Below the pieces are notes generated by a model. It ran no database searches, was not told where the DNA came from, and saw only the letters and a list, made by a program, of their open reading frames with translations. From an uncultured Chloroflexia bacterium (GTDB taxonomy: Bacteria > Chloroflexota > Anaerolineae > Anaerolineales > E44-bin32): a stretch of 64,000 bases of DNA. Shown here piece after piece: positions 38,109-48,404 of the stretch (its first letter is position 1; each line of letters opens with the position of its first letter). Position numbers and translations under genes: made by a program. The stretch is from positions 479,644 through 543,643 of the forward strand of contig CAVZPO010000023.1 of NCBI GenBank assembly GCA_963777165.1, read 5' to 3'.

Positions 38109-39113
38109 GTGCCGCCCTCTCCCTACGAAGAGTACCTTGAAGCCATCGAAGACGACCTGCGACAGGCCGCGCTCCCGTTCGGGTCGGGAACTTATTCCAA
38201 GCTGATCACGATGGTCGCCCATCACCATGGCTGGACGGGCGAGAACGCCGGCCGCGGCAAACGCGTCCGCCCCTTGCTCACCGTGCTGGCCTGCCAGGCT
38301 TGCGGCGGCGATTGGCGTGCGGCCCTCCCGGCTGCATCGGCCGTGGAGTTGGTTCACAACTTCTCACTGGTCCACGACGACATCGAGGACCAGAGTGCCA
38401 CACGCCGGGGGCGGCCGACCCTGTGGGCCCTGTGGGGCGTGCCCCAGGCGCTCAACACCGGCGACGCTCTGTTCGCCCTGGCGCGGCTCTCGCTTCACCG
38501 GTTGCTCCGGGTTGGACTGCCTCCCCTCGCCGTCCTGGCCGTCCAAGAGCGCCTGGACCTTGCCTGCCTACACCTGACACAGGGCCAGCACCTTGATATC
38601 GCCTTCGAGACCCAGGATGATGTTTACGAACTGGCATACCTGGAGATGGTCGAGGGCAAGACCGCTGCCTTACTAAGCGCTGCGACATCGATCGGAGCGA
38701 GCGTCGCAGGCGCTGCCCCGCCAAAGGTCGAGACGATGGAGCGTTTCGGGCGACACCTTGGCCTGGCATTCCAGATGAAGGATGACATCCTTGGGATCTG
38801 GGGCGATCCGGCGGTCACCGGAAAGCCGTCCGGCGACGACCTTCTCTGCCGGAAGAAGACGCTCCCTACCCTGCTCGGGTTGGAGCGATCGGATGTCTTC
38901 CTGGGCCTGTGGCGATCCTCCGATGGTGAGGCCGACAGCCTGTCAGCGATGCGCCTCGAGCTCGAGAGCTGCGGTGCCCTGCAGGCTACGCAGATGGCGG
39001 CCGCCGAGCACACTACCCTCGCCCTGAGCGCTCTCGCCGAGGCAAACCCTGCCGAGCCGGCTGCTTCGCTGCTCGAAAGTCTGTCTAACCAGATGCTGGG
39101 CCGGCAGCGCTGA
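38109..39113 (+). CDS. Polyprenyl (geranylgeranyl-type) diphosphate synthase
   Basis: GKRVRP, ELVHNFSLVHDDIED...RRGRPT, GQHLD, GKTAAL, AFQMKDDILG, KKTLP. Confidence 0.93.
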   Translation: MPPSPYEEYLEAIEDDLRQAALPFGSGTYSKLITMVAHHHGWTGENAGRGKRVRPLLTVLACQACGGDWRAALPAASAVELVHNFSLVHDDIEDQSATRRGRPTLWALWGVPQALNTGDALFALARLSLHRLLRVGLPPLAVLAVQERLDLACLHLTQGQHLDIAFETQDDVYELAYLEMVEGKTAALLSAATSIGASVAGAAPPKVETMERFGRHLGLAFQMKDDILGIWGDPAVTGKPSGDDLLCRKKTLPTLLGLERSDVFLGLWRSSDGEADSLSAMRLELESCGALQATQMAAAEHTTLALSALAEANPAEPAASLLESLSNQMLGRQR

Positions 39114-39175
39114 TCAGGCACGCGACATCCAGCCCCGCTTGCGCCTGCGGCCCGAGCAGTCCGTGCGGTCACTCG

Positions 39176-39184
39176 TGCTATAAT
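39176..39184 (+). promoter_or_regulatory. Extended -10 promoter element of the kinase operon
   Basis: TGCTATAAT, 45 nt upstream of ATG 39229. Confidence 0.5.
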
Positions 39185-39228
39185 CCGCCCAATATCTAGC
39201 TGTCAACCGGCACCACCCCGGGGTTTGT

Positions 39229-41109
39229 ATGCGCCGTACCACACGAGCCTTACCCAACAAGACGGGTGAGACCGACCAGCTAGGCCTGCTCCAGCCCGGC
39301 GTCACGTTGCAGGATCGCTATCTGGTCCTCGGCGTGCTTGGGTCCGGCGGGATGAGCTCGGTCTACAAGGGCCGTGACCTGCACTTCCCCAATGTCACCA
39401 AGCTCGTGGCGGTCAAAGAGATGATCAACATGGCCGCCGACCCGACCATGTACGAGATGGTCGTGCGCAACTTCGAGCGCGAGGCCGACCTGCTGGCCAC
39501 GCTCTCACACCCGGCCATTCCCCGCATCTACGACTACTTCACCCAGGAAGCCAGCTCGTATCTGGTGATGGAGTTCATCGAGGGCCGGGACCTCGAGCGC
39601 CTTCTGCACGACACCGACGAGTTCCTGTCGGAAGAGAAGGTCATCACCTGGGCCGTCGAGTTGTGCGATGTACTCACTTACCTTCACGGTCACCAGCCGC
39701 AGCCGGTCATCTTCCGTGACATGAAGCCGTCCAACATCATGATCGATCAGCACGCGCACATCCGGCTGATCGACTTCGGCATCGCCCGCGTCTTCCAGCC
39801 GGGGCAGAAGGGGACGATGATCGGCACCGAAGGTTACTCGCCGCCCGAGCAGTACCGCGGCGAAGCCTCACCCGCCGGCGACATCTACGCCCTGGGTGCC
39901 ACGCTGCACCACCTGCTCACCCGCCGAGACCCGCGCGCCGAGCCGCCCTTCTCCTTCTCCGAACGGCCGGTGCGCCAGATCAACCCGCATGTCTCGCCCG
40001 AGCTCGAGTTGGTCGTCAATGCCGCGCTGGCCTACGACCCGAAGGAGCGTTTCCCCTCGGCCGAGTTGTTCAAGGGGGCCCTCCTGGCGGCCGCCAAGCA
40101 AACCGGCATCCTGGTCTCGCCGCAGAAATCGACGGCCCTCAAACTCCCGTCGGACGTCCAGGAGCTGTGGTCGTTCGAATGTGAGGATGAGATCCGCGGT
40201 TCCCCGATCGTTCACCGCGGCATCCTGTACGTCGGCTGCTATGACAATAACCTGTATGCCCTGGACGCCAAGCGCGGGACGTTCCTGTGGAAGTACCCGA
40301 CCGAGGGTGGAATTCCAACCCGGCCGGCGGCGCACGAGGACACCATCTTCGTCGCCTCTGAGGATCATCGCCTGCACGCGGTGACGGCCGATCAGGGCAA
40401 GCTTGTCTGGACCTACCTGGCCGAGGGGCCGATCCGCTCCTCCCCGACGCTGTACGAAGGCTACGTGTTCGTCGGGAGTGACGACGGGCACCTGCACGTG
40501 ATCAACATGCTGAACGGCCGCCGGGCGTGGCGCGCCGAGGCGGCCGGGCCGGTGCGCTCCTCCCCGCTGGTCGTCGACGAGCGCGTGTACTTCGGCTGCG
40601 AGACCGGCGACTTCTACTGTGTGGATTTCCGCGGGGAGATCAAGTGGCGTTTCCGGGCCAAGCGCGCCGTTTCGTCCTCGCCGATCATGGTGGAGGGCAT
40701 CCTGTACTTCGGCTCGATGGACTGGACGCTGTATGCGCTCGAGGCGGAGGGCGGCTACCAGATCTGGCGCTTCCGGATGGGCCGGCCGACGATTTCCTCT
40801 CCGGCCTACGCCGAGGGCAAACTCTTTACGGGCTGCGCGGATGGCAATGTCTACGCCATCGACGTCCGCAACAATCGCGAGGTCTGGCGCTTCCAGACTG
40901 AGCACCAGGTCACCGGATCGCCGGTCGTGCAGGAGGACTCGGTCTTCTGCGGGTCGGTCGACGGCTCGATGTACTGCCTCGACCTGCGCTCGGGGCGGAA
41001 ACGCTGGACCTATCGCACCGGCGGACCGATTACGGGCACGCCGACGATTTCCGAAGGCTCGATCTACTTTGGCTCTACCGATCATCATGTCTACGCTCTG
41101 CTGACCTGA
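39229..41109 (+). CDS. Hanks-type Ser/Thr protein kinase with a C-terminal PQQ-like beta-propeller (AfsK-like architecture)
   Basis: LGSGGMSSVY, VAVKEM, IFRDMKPSN, IDFGIAR, GTEGYSPPEQ. About 8 repeats of the form SSP...vYfGs.D..lYalD..tG...W. No TM helix. Confidence 0.93.
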   Translation: MRRTTRALPNKTGETDQLGLLQPGVTLQDRYLVLGVLGSGGMSSVYKGRDLHFPNVTKLVAVKEMINMAADPTMYEMVVRNFEREADLLATLSHPAIPRIYDYFTQEASSYLVMEFIEGRDLERLLHDTDEFLSEEKVITWAVELCDVLTYLHGHQPQPVIFRDMKPSNIMIDQHAHIRLIDFGIARVFQPGQKGTMIGTEGYSPPEQYRGEASPAGDIYALGATLHHLLTRRDPRAEPPFSFSERPVRQINPHVSPELELVVNAALAYDPKERFPSAELFKGALLAAAKQTGILVSPQKSTALKLPSDVQELWSFECEDEIRGSPIVHRGILYVGCYDNNLYALDAKRGTFLWKYPTEGGIPTRPAAHEDTIFVASEDHRLHAVTADQGKLVWTYLAEGPIRSSPTLYEGYVFVGSDDGHLHVINMLNGRRAWRAEAAGPVRSSPLVVDERVYFGCETGDFYCVDFRGEIKWRFRAKRAVSSSPIMVEGILYFGSMDWTLYALEAEGGYQIWRFRMGRPTISSPAYAEGKLFTGCADGNVYAIDVRNNREVWRFQTEHQVTGSPVVQEDSVFCGSVDGSMYCLDLRSGRKRWTYRTGGPITGTPTISEGSIYFGSTDHHVYALLT

Positions 41110-41136
41110 CGACCGGGGGCCCGCTCTAGGACGGAC

Positions 41137-42024
41137 ATGGACCTGTTCAATCGCATCTTCGGCAAGAAGAAGCCCGCCCCGACCCCCGATGGGGTCAAGA
41201 CCGCGCCGTTGGATCCCACGGCGGTCGCGCACCCGATGATCACGCCCTTGCAGGGACGGATTCTGGTGGGCATGGCGCAGTCGACCGGCATCGAGCGGAC
41301 GCACAACGAGGACTCGCTGTTCGTCCTGCAGGGGAACGCCGCCGGGCTGGAGACCATGCCCGAATTCGGGTTGTACATCGTGGCCGACGGAATGGGCGGG
41401 CATCGCTCAGGCGAAGTCGCCAGCGCCGTCTCGGTCCGCGCCGTCGCCCGCCGCCTGTGCGAGGATTCGATCCTGCAGCTCCTGGCCATCGATCCATCTT
41501 CCGACGTTGTCCCGCTTCAAGACCTGATGCGCATCGCCCTCGAAGAAGCCAATCAAGCCGTCGTCGATCGTGTCCCGGGCGGCGGGACCACCTTGACCGC
41601 CGTCCTGCACCTCGGGCATCAGGTGACCGTGGGACACGTGGGCGACAGCCGGGCGTACGTCCTCAAGGACGGCGAGGTTCGACCGATCACCCGCGATCAC
41701 TCGCTGGTCAAGCGGCTGGAGGAGCTCGGGCAACTGCGGCCGGAGGAAGCCGAGGTCCATCCCCAGCGCAATGTGCTCTACCGGGCGATCGGCCAGGGCG
41801 CCAATCTCGAGGTGGATGTCTTCACGCTGCCCGTCCCGCGCGATGCCAACATGTTGCTGTGCTCCGATGGGCTGTGGGGCGTGGTACCCGATCAGGAGAT
41901 CAACAGGATCGTGCACGCGGCCGAGACGCCGCAGGAGGCGTGCGAGCGCCTGATCGATGCCGCCAACGCCGCCGGTGGACCGGACAACATCACCGCCATC
42001 CTAATCCACTTCCCGGCTGAATAG
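41137..42024 (+). CDS. PP2C/PPM-family Ser/Thr phosphatase
   Basis: RTHNEDS, VADGMGGH, GTTLT, HVGDSRAY, TRDHS, LLCSDGLWG, GGPDNIT. Confidence 0.95.
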   Translation: MDLFNRIFGKKKPAPTPDGVKTAPLDPTAVAHPMITPLQGRILVGMAQSTGIERTHNEDSLFVLQGNAAGLETMPEFGLYIVADGMGGHRSGEVASAVSVRAVARRLCEDSILQLLAIDPSSDVVPLQDLMRIALEEANQAVVDRVPGGGTTLTAVLHLGHQVTVGHVGDSRAYVLKDGEVRPITRDHSLVKRLEELGQLRPEEAEVHPQRNVLYRAIGQGANLEVDVFTLPVPRDANMLLCSDGLWGVVPDQEINRIVHAAETPQEACERLIDAANAAGGPDNITAILIHFPAE

Positions 42025-42039
42025 GCCGACGAGGTAACT

Positions 42040-43521
42040 TTGCCGGGCGAACCCGATTTCTACGCGCTGCTGGGGGTCCCGCGCAATGCAAGCGTGGAGC
42101 AGTTGCGCCGCGCCTACCGCGAGGCGGCGCTGCGGTTGCATCCCGATCGCGCCAACCGCCCGGGCGACACGGAACTGTTCATCACGGTCAACAAAGCCTA
42201 CGAGATCCTGAACAACGAAGAACAACGCGCCGCCTACGATGCACGCCTGGCGTCCTCGGAGGCCGATCTGGCGGCCCACTCCAGCTTCCGCTGCGACATC
42301 CAACAAAGCCGCCGGACCCTCTTGCAGCTCGACGAACCCCAGGTGCACTACCTGCTGGTCGACATCACCCCGTCCGAAGCGATGCCCGAGACCCGTCCGC
42401 CGATCAATCTCTCGATCGTGATTGACCGGTCGACGTCGATGCGCGGCCAGCGCCTCGACCAAGTGCGTTCCGCGGCGCTGACGATCCTGAAGGACATGGC
42501 GCCTCAGGACTCCGCCTCGGTGGTGGCCTTCAGCGATCGGGCAGAGGTGATCGTTTCGCCCGACCAGGCGAAGGACATGGCGACGGCACGCGCCCGCCTC
42601 AGCCTGCTGCAGGCCGGAGGCGGGACCGAGATCGGCCAGGGCTTGCAGACCGGCCTGGAGGAGCTTCAGCGCAACTTCGCGCGCGACGGCGTCAGCCATC
42701 TGGTGCTGCTCACCGACGGGCGCACGTACGGCGACGAGGACCTGTGCCTGAGCCTGGCCGACCGAGCCTCCGAACAGGGGATCACCATCAACGGCGTCGG
42801 CATCGGCGCCGACTGGAGCGACCGCCTGCTGGATGATCTGGCCAGTCGCAGCGGCGGAAACGTCATCTTCCTTGATACACCCAAGGTGGTCACCGGCCTG
42901 CTGCAGCGGATCTTCGACGGCCTGAGCCAGGTGGTCGCCAGCCGAGTCCGTCTGGACGGCTCCCTTGCCCAGCAGGTGGACTTGCGCTCGGCGTTCCGCC
43001 TGATGCCGGACCCGATGCCCCTGGGGGACAGCCTGCCGCTGGTGCTGGGCAACCTGGCGCGCGAGGGGCGCATCCGAGTCCTCCTCGAACTGGTCGTCCA
43101 CCCGATCGGCCAGGTCGACGAGCTGACGCTGGCGCACTTCACCATCAGCGGCGACATCCTCGCCGGCTCGTCCGATTCCAGCAGCCTCCCGGCCGACGTG
43201 CGCATCGCCACCTCCAAGCAGCCCGATGCCGATCCCCCTCCCACCGACATGGTGGCGGCCCTGAACGTTGTCGGGTTGTACCGCATGCAGGAGAAGGCAC
43301 GCCATGAGGCCGAGCTCGGGCAGACGTCGCAGGCCGCCCGCCGGCTTGAAAACCTGGCCACGCACCTTCTGGCGGCGGGCGACCGCGACCTCGCCAAGGC
43401 CGCGCTGAGCGAAGCCGAGCGGTTGACCCACACTCGCCGCCTTTCGATCGAAGGCGAAAAGGTGCTCAAGTACGGGACGCGGGCCCTGCTGCTGCTGCCC
43501 GCCAAGGCAGGCGGCGGATGA
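42040..43521 (+). CDS. DnaJ (J-domain) + von Willebrand factor A fusion protein
   Basis: DFYALLGV...LHPD...INKAYEIL-like J-domain. MIDAS DRSTSM, GGGT, LLTDG. Helical C-terminus. TTG start after GAGGT. Confidence 0.88.
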   Translation: MPGEPDFYALLGVPRNASVEQLRRAYREAALRLHPDRANRPGDTELFITVNKAYEILNNEEQRAAYDARLASSEADLAAHSSFRCDIQQSRRTLLQLDEPQVHYLLVDITPSEAMPETRPPINLSIVIDRSTSMRGQRLDQVRSAALTILKDMAPQDSASVVAFSDRAEVIVSPDQAKDMATARARLSLLQAGGGTEIGQGLQTGLEELQRNFARDGVSHLVLLTDGRTYGDEDLCLSLADRASEQGITINGVGIGADWSDRLLDDLASRSGGNVIFLDTPKVVTGLLQRIFDGLSQVVASRVRLDGSLAQQVDLRSAFRLMPDPMPLGDSLPLVLGNLAREGRIRVLLELVVHPIGQVDELTLAHFTISGDILAGSSDSSSLPADVRIATSKQPDADPPPTDMVAALNVVGLYRMQEKARHEAELGQTSQAARRLENLATHLLAAGDRDLAKAALSEAERLTHTRRLSIEGEKVLKYGTRALLLLPAKAGGG

Positions 43522-44039
43522 TCGAGTGCCCGTCGTGCAAGCATCAGGAGTTTGTCGGCACGATGTACTGTGCGGAGTGCGGCACCCGGCTGGTCTCCGT
43601 GTCGCCGGTACCCACGGTCACCATCTCTCGCGATCGGCTCGATCGCGAAGCCATGGCCACCAAGCCCGCCCCGCCGGAGGGACCCGAGCTGGAGTCCGGC
43701 GCTATCCTGGGCCTGCGCCTGGTCGCCAGCGGGGAGATCCTGTCGCTGCTCGGGCGCGACAACTACACCGTGGGCCGCTCGATCGAAGGCCAGGCCGTCA
43801 TCCCGGACATCGACCTGCACACCCACGATGCTTATGAGCAGGGCGTTTCGCGCCTCCATGCCGAGGTGCGGCTGGAGCCGGATGGCATCTACATCGTCGA
43901 CCTGGAAAGCGCCAACGGGACGATGATCAACGGCAAGGCGCTGGAACCCCAGCGGCCGACTCTCGTCCACCACGGCGATATCGTTCAACTCGGGCGGCTG
44001 CGCACGCAGCTGATCTCGCGCTTCCGCTCGGAGAGGTAG
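43518..44039 (+). CDS. Zinc-ribbon + FHA domain protein
   Basis: CPSC...CAECG, then VGR, GVSRLHA, DLESANGT, HGDIVQLG. Confidence 0.92.
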   Translation: MIECPSCKHQEFVGTMYCAECGTRLVSVSPVPTVTISRDRLDREAMATKPAPPEGPELESGAILGLRLVASGEILSLLGRDNYTVGRSIEGQAVIPDIDLHTHDAYEQGVSRLHAEVRLEPDGIYIVDLESANGTMINGKALEPQRPTLVHHGDIVQLGRLRTQLISRFRSER

Positions 44040-44042
44040 GCC

Positions 44043-44285
44043 ATGCCGATCACAGTGCTCGTCCACCTGGGCGGCGAAGACGCGGTCGTCGGGGAAGTCG
44101 AGGACCTGCCCGCTCCGACGGACGTCATCGTCACCCTCAACAACCCGCGGAAGCGCGACGGCAAGGACCTGTCCTACCTGCAGGGCAACGTCGTGACCGT
44201 CGTGTGGCCGATGCACCGCGTCAACTTTATCGAGATCATGCCCACCGCCGAAGAGGAATCCCTCATCGGCCCAGTCCGCGAGTGA
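44043..44285 (+). CDS. Small conserved-looking beta protein (possible Sm/LSm-like fold)
   Basis: GAGG RBS; sits tightly between the FHA and response regulator genes. Pattern V.VHL.G...V.GEV...D..V.L.N...V.WP...VNFIE. Confidence 0.7.
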   Translation: MPITVLVHLGGEDAVVGEVEDLPAPTDVIVTLNNPRKRDGKDLSYLQGNVVTVVWPMHRVNFIEIMPTAEEESLIGPVRE

Positions 44286-44286
44286 C

Positions 44287-45021
44287 ATGCCCAACTCGCC
44301 GTCCCGCGAACACCGCATTCTGATCGTCGACGACGAGCCGCGCATCATCCATGTCATCCGGCTCAACCTCGAGCACGACGGGTTCCAGGTCTTCGAAGCG
44401 CCCTCCGGCGCGCGGGCCCTGGAGCAGCTTCGCGATCGGCTTCCGGACCTGATTCTGTTGGACGTCATGATGCCCGACCTGGACGGGTTCGAGACGCTGC
44501 GCTTGATCCGTGAGATCTCCACCGTCCCGGTGATCATGCTGACGGCCAAAGGCGAAGAGGACGACCGGGTTCGCGGCCTCGAACTCGGCGCCGACGATTA
44601 CATCACCAAGCCGTTCAGCCCGCGCGAACTCGTAAGCCGGGTGCGGGCGGTCCTGCGCCGCACCGAAGCCGCCGCGCCGGCCGCCCACGAGGCCATCGAG
44701 ATCGACAACCGGCTCAAGCTGGATTTCGATCGCCGGGAGGTCTGGGTGGACGGCGAGCTCGTTCGCCTGCGCCCCACCGAGTTCAAGCTGCTCTACCACC
44801 TGGTGCAGAACGCCGGCTGGGTCGTGCCGCACGACCAGCTCCTGGCCAAGGTCTGGGGCTACGAGTACCGCGACGAGACTCACTACCTGCGGCTGTACAT
44901 CAACTACCTGCGCCAGAAGCTCGAGAAGGACCCGTCCGACCCGCAGTACATTCTCACCGAGCGCGGCGTCGGCTATCGGTTCGTCGATTTCCGCCGCCCG
45001 GCATCCCCCGCCCGCGCGTAG
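44287..45021 (+). CDS. OmpR/PhoB-family response regulator (KdpE-like)
   Basis: [49 protein letters not shown]. Confidence 0.94.
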   Translation: MPNSPSREHRILIVDDEPRIIHVIRLNLEHDGFQVFEAPSGARALEQLRDRLPDLILLDVMMPDLDGFETLRLIREISTVPVIMLTAKGEEDDRVRGLELGADDYITKPFSPRELVSRVRAVLRRTEAAAPAAHEAIEIDNRLKLDFDRREVWVDGELVRLRPTEFKLLYHLVQNAGWVVPHDQLLAKVWGYEYRDETHYLRLYINYLRQKLEKDPSDPQYILTERGVGYRFVDFRRPASPARA

Positions 45022-45144
45022 TCCTCGCCCGCGTAAGCGATTCTGATCATCGGCTCATGCCCGATCAGCGGATCAGGGCGTCGCCTTCATTCCTTGTGGC
45101 CGCAGGGGCTCTGGATTAGAATGCACTCAACCTGAGGTCACGGT

Positions 45145-45798
45145 ATGGCACGCCAGCGCATCTTACTCGTCGATGATCATGAGGTCGTACGCTTGGGCCT
45201 GCGCTCCCTGCTGGAGCAGCACCCGAATTTCGAGGTCGTGGCCGAAGCGGCCACGGCGCGCGACGCGGTCGAGAAGACGCGCACGCACAAGCCCGACGTG
45301 GTGGTCATGGACATCCGGCTCAAGGGCGGATCGGGCATCGAGGCCTGCCAGGAAATCACCAGCCAGTTCCCCAATGCCAAGGTCATCATGCTCACCTCGT
45401 ACGCTGAGGATGAGATGCTGTTCTCCTCCATCCGCGCCGGAGCTGCTGGGTATGTGCTCAAGCAGATCGGCGGGGACGACCTGGTGCGGGCGATCGAGGC
45501 CGTCGGGCGCGGCGAAGCACTTCTCGACTCGGCCGTCACGCAGCGTGTCTTCCAGGAAGTCCGCAAGGCGGCTCGCGAAGAAGAGGCCTCGGCCTTCGCC
45601 GACCTCACCCAGCAGGAGATGCATGTCCTGCAGTTGGTCTCGGAAGGACGCACCAATCGGCAGATCGCCGAGATGCTCTACCTCGGCGAAGGCACCGTGC
45701 GGAACTATGTCAGCTCGATCCTCTCGAAGCTGAACGTCCGCAATCGGGCCGAGGCCGCCGCCTATGCCGTCGAGCACAACCTCAAGGACTACCTCTAG
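45145..45798 (+). CDS. NarL/LuxR-family response regulator (DevR-like)
   Basis: [30 protein letters not shown]...GRTNRQIA...[15 protein letters not shown]. Confidence 0.94.
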   Translation: MARQRILLVDDHEVVRLGLRSLLEQHPNFEVVAEAATARDAVEKTRTHKPDVVVMDIRLKGGSGIEACQEITSQFPNAKVIMLTSYAEDEMLFSSIRAGAAGYVLKQIGGDDLVRAIEAVGRGEALLDSAVTQRVFQEVRKAAREEEASAFADLTQQEMHVLQLVSEGRTNRQIAEMLYLGEGTVRNYVSSILSKLNVRNRAEAAAYAVEHNLKDYL

Positions 45799-45820
45799 TC
45801 CCGGATTTGGCGTCTGCCCG

Positions 45821-45862
45821 AAAACACAGCGGCTCCCCTGATCGGGAGCCGCTGTGCTTTCT
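45821..45862. terminator. Bidirectional intrinsic terminator
   Basis: AAAA-CACAGCGGCTCCC-CTGATC-GGGAGCCGCTGTG-CTTTCT between convergent genes. Confidence 0.75.
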
Positions 45863-45881
45863 GTGGGGCGACAGAGAGAAC

Positions 45882-46445
45882 CTAGTGGAGGGTCGTGGGC
45901 CTCCGGGGAGCGATGACAGTCTCGCGCCCCTGCAGCGCCTCAAACAGCAAACCCTCCTGCCAGTCGATGACCAGCCTCTCCATGCGGGTCAACAGGCTAA
46001 GCCGTCGGGCGATCCCGGTCACCCGGTTGCCGGCTTCGGTGCAGATCTCCTGGAGCAGGCGTTCATCATCGGCCTCCAGATGTTGTGCCGCAGCCCGGCG
46101 AGCCTCGTGGCGCAGGCCCTGGCTGCAGATTCGCCGGAAGGCATCCGGCGCTTCGGCCGAAAGCAGCTGCGGAAGCTGCACCCCGAATTCGGACAACGCC
46201 TGCACAAGGTCTTGCCGGACATTCAACCCTTCGCGTCCGAGGTGTGTCTTGGCGGTTTGGAGCTCTTCATGAATCTCGTGAAGCACTCCCAGGGACGACG
46301 CCCCGGCCAGCACCAGATTTTCAAGCAGCGCGTGAAACGGACCGGGGTCGCCGCGATCCAGGCACTGCCTGATGAGCTGCTCGGCTTCCATGCGCAGGTA
46401 GACGCGCTCGGCGAAGGTGAGGACTTCGTCCAGAGGCTCGCTCAT
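45882..46445 (-). CDS. Hypothetical helical protein
   Basis: 187-aa ORF whose ATG overlaps the upstream stop; GGAG RBS. No recognisable motif. Confidence 0.65.
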   Translation of the reverse strand: MSEPLDEVLTFAERVYLRMEAEQLIRQCLDRGDPGPFHALLENLVLAGASSLGVLHEIHEELQTAKTHLGREGLNVRQDLVQALSEFGVQLPQLLSAEAPDAFRRICSQGLRHEARRAAAQHLEADDERLLQEICTEAGNRVTGIARRLSLLTRMERLVIDWQEGLLFEALQGRETVIAPRRPTTLH

Positions 46446-46780
46446 GCGCCGCTCCCTGCCGGGGCGCCCCCCGGGCAGAGCTGGCGCAAGTACTCCCAGC
46501 TGTAGATCCCGTAGCTGTGCCCGTCGGCCCAGGTCGGCTGGAGTGCGTAGTGCCCGACACCTTCGATGGACTTAAGTTCCGCCGACCAGCCATCGCGAAG
46601 TGGCTGATCGAGCAGTTCCGGCGAGCCCGGGCCCCCCATCCCTTCATGCCCCCCGCGGCATTCGGCGCACGGGCATGCGGCGCGTAACCCGCGCAGAGGA
46701 AGCTCGCAATGGCTCCCGTCGTCCCAATCGATAGTCAGCACGCCCCGCGATCGCGAGGCGGCCACGCGGAGGGGTCGCAT
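46442..46780 (-). CDS. DUF971 / gamma-butyrobetaine hydroxylase N-terminal-like domain protein
   Basis: LTIDWDDG, LRAACPCAECRG, VGHYALQPTWADGHSYGIYSWEYL. Confidence 0.88.
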   Translation of the reverse strand: MRPLRVAASRSRGVLTIDWDDGSHCELPLRGLRAACPCAECRGGHEGMGGPGSPELLDQPLRDGWSAELKSIEGVGHYALQPTWADGHSYGIYSWEYLRQLCPGGAPAGSGA

Positions 46781-46836
46781 CGTTTCGCAAACCTCTAATC
46801 GGATGATAGCGCGGGTGCTTGTGCGGGGCAACCCGC

Positions 46837-47328
46837 CTACTGGGCCAGGCGCAAGAAGGCGGCCACCGCCCACCCGGCGCGGGCCGCGTCCGATGGGCTG
46901 ACGACATAGAACCACGTGCGCCCGTCCGCGTCCACGGGACCGTCCTGGACGGTAAACACCTCGCTCTCACCTGCCAGCATCCGGATGGTGCCATTGGTGG
47001 TGGGGTCCGCCCGCAGGCGAAGTCCGTCGCCCTCCGTGCCGTACACTGCGACGATCGCACCCACGGTAACTTCGCCTCCGTTCCCGTCCTCGGCCGCGGC
47101 CGGCGGAGGGGTGTCGGTGGGCATCGCCGTAGGTTGCGCGGTCGCGGCGAGGGTGGCCGTTGGCCTAGGAATGAGCGTCACCACCGGCAGCGCCCGCAAG
47201 GAGGGCGCGGCCGCCCCGCGTGAGATCGCGGTCAGGGCCAGGACTGCCGCCAGAACGATCAGACCTCCGACGGCTCCAGCCGACGCCCATACGCACCCAG
47301 GGCGCTGTCTCCACGCGAGGGGTCTCAT
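46837..47328 (-). CDS. Membrane-anchored SH3b-like domain protein
   Basis: N-terminal TM helix, P/T-rich linker, GDGLRLRADP...DGPVDADGRTWFYV...GWAVAAFL. Confidence 0.8.
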   Translation of the reverse strand: MRPLAWRQRPGCVWASAGAVGGLIVLAAVLALTAISRGAAAPSLRALPVVTLIPRPTATLAATAQPTAMPTDTPPPAAAEDGNGGEVTVGAIVAVYGTEGDGLRLRADPTTNGTIRMLAGESEVFTVQDGPVDADGRTWFYVVSPSDAARAGWAVAAFLRLAQ

Positions 47329-48404
47329 GGCAGGAAGAAAAAGGCCAGGGCAGTGATCATGTACAGCGCGACGAGCTCGGCCCCTTCGAGCCAGTTCGAC
47401 TCACCGTCGCCGGCGACGAAGGCGGTGATCAGCACGCCCCCGATCAGTGCAACCAACTCAAAGCTGTTGAAGACCAGAGAGAGTGGGTTCCCCACCGCCA
47501 GGCTGAAGAACACCAGGAACGGAACCACAAAGAGCGCCACCTGCAGGCTGGACCCAATGGCGATTTCAACGCTCAGGCTCATCTGGTTCTTCATCGCGAC
47601 GGAAACGGCCACCAGGTGTTCGGCGATGTTGCCGATGACCGGCACCAGGATGACGCCCAGGAAGAACTCGGAGATGCCCAGGCTGGCGACCACCGGCTCG
47701 ACCTGCCGGACGAGAATCTCACTCATCCACACCACGCCGATCGTCGTCGGTATCAGAATGCCCAGAGCCGTACGCACGGTCCAACCGGAAGGATGGACGG
47801 CCTGGTCGGCAGACTGCCGGCTCAGCGGGCTCTTCCGGTTGCGGAGGCTGTAGACCAGCCCGAGGATATACAACAGCAACATCAGACCGGCCACACCCAG
47901 GCTGAGCGCTTCGACGGCGGTCGGGTTATGAATGCCGGCGCTCGCCTGGCTGAAGAATGACGGGATGGCCAGCGCGGTCACGGCCAGGATCAGGAGGATG
48001 CTGTCGGCGCTCGCCCGCTGCCGGTCGAAGGTTTGTTCGTGATGGCGAATGCCCCCCACGAACATGCTCAGCCCGAGGACGAACAGAAGGTTTCCGAGGA
48101 TGGAGCCGGTGATCGACGCCTTGACCAATTCCAGCAGACCTTCACGGATAGCAACCACCGAGATGATCAGTTCGGCGGCGTTTCCGAGGGTAGCATTCAG
48201 CAGCCCGCCTACGCGCGGGCCCGTGTGATACGCCAGTGACTCGGTTGCCTCCCCGATCAAGCCGGCGAGCGGCACCATGGCCAGGGCTGAGGCGGCCAGC
48301 GTCCATGCCGGACCCACCGACGTGGATTGAAGGACGGCCGCCAAAGGAATCAGCAGCAGCAGCCAATTGAGTGGATTGCGTGCCAGTGTGCGAGCGACGG
48401 TCAT
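47325..48404 (-). CDS. cax: Calcium/proton exchanger (CAX/ChaA family)
   Basis: [47 protein letters not shown]. Confidence 0.93.
   Translation of the reverse strand: MTVARTLARNPLNWLLLLIPLAAVLQSTSVGPAWTLAASALAMVPLAGLIGEATESLAYHTGPRVGGLLNATLGNAAELIISVVAIREGLLELVKASITGSILGNLLFVLGLSMFVGGIRHHEQTFDRQRASADSILLILAVTALAIPSFFSQASAGIHNPTAVEALSLGVAGLMLLLYILGLVYSLRNRKSPLSRQSADQAVHPSGWTVRTALGILIPTTIGVVWMSEILVRQVEPVVASLGISEFFLGVILVPVIGNIAEHLVAVSVAMKNQMSLSVEIAIGSSLQVALFVVPFLVFFSLAVGNPLSLVFNSFELVALIGGVLITAFVAGDGESNWLEGAELVALYMITALAFFFLP

Noticed and set aside
35435..39113. Photosynthesis or bacteriochlorophyll cluster (chelatase I + IDI + GGPP synthase)
   Set aside because: No bchD/bchH, reaction-centre or crt genes are present, and acpP interrupts on the opposite strand. 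These genes are common in non-phototrophs.
45005..45080. Short duplication (CGCCCGCG..TA) and weak hairpin after the OmpR gene
   Set aside because: Too short and GC-rich to distinguish from chance.
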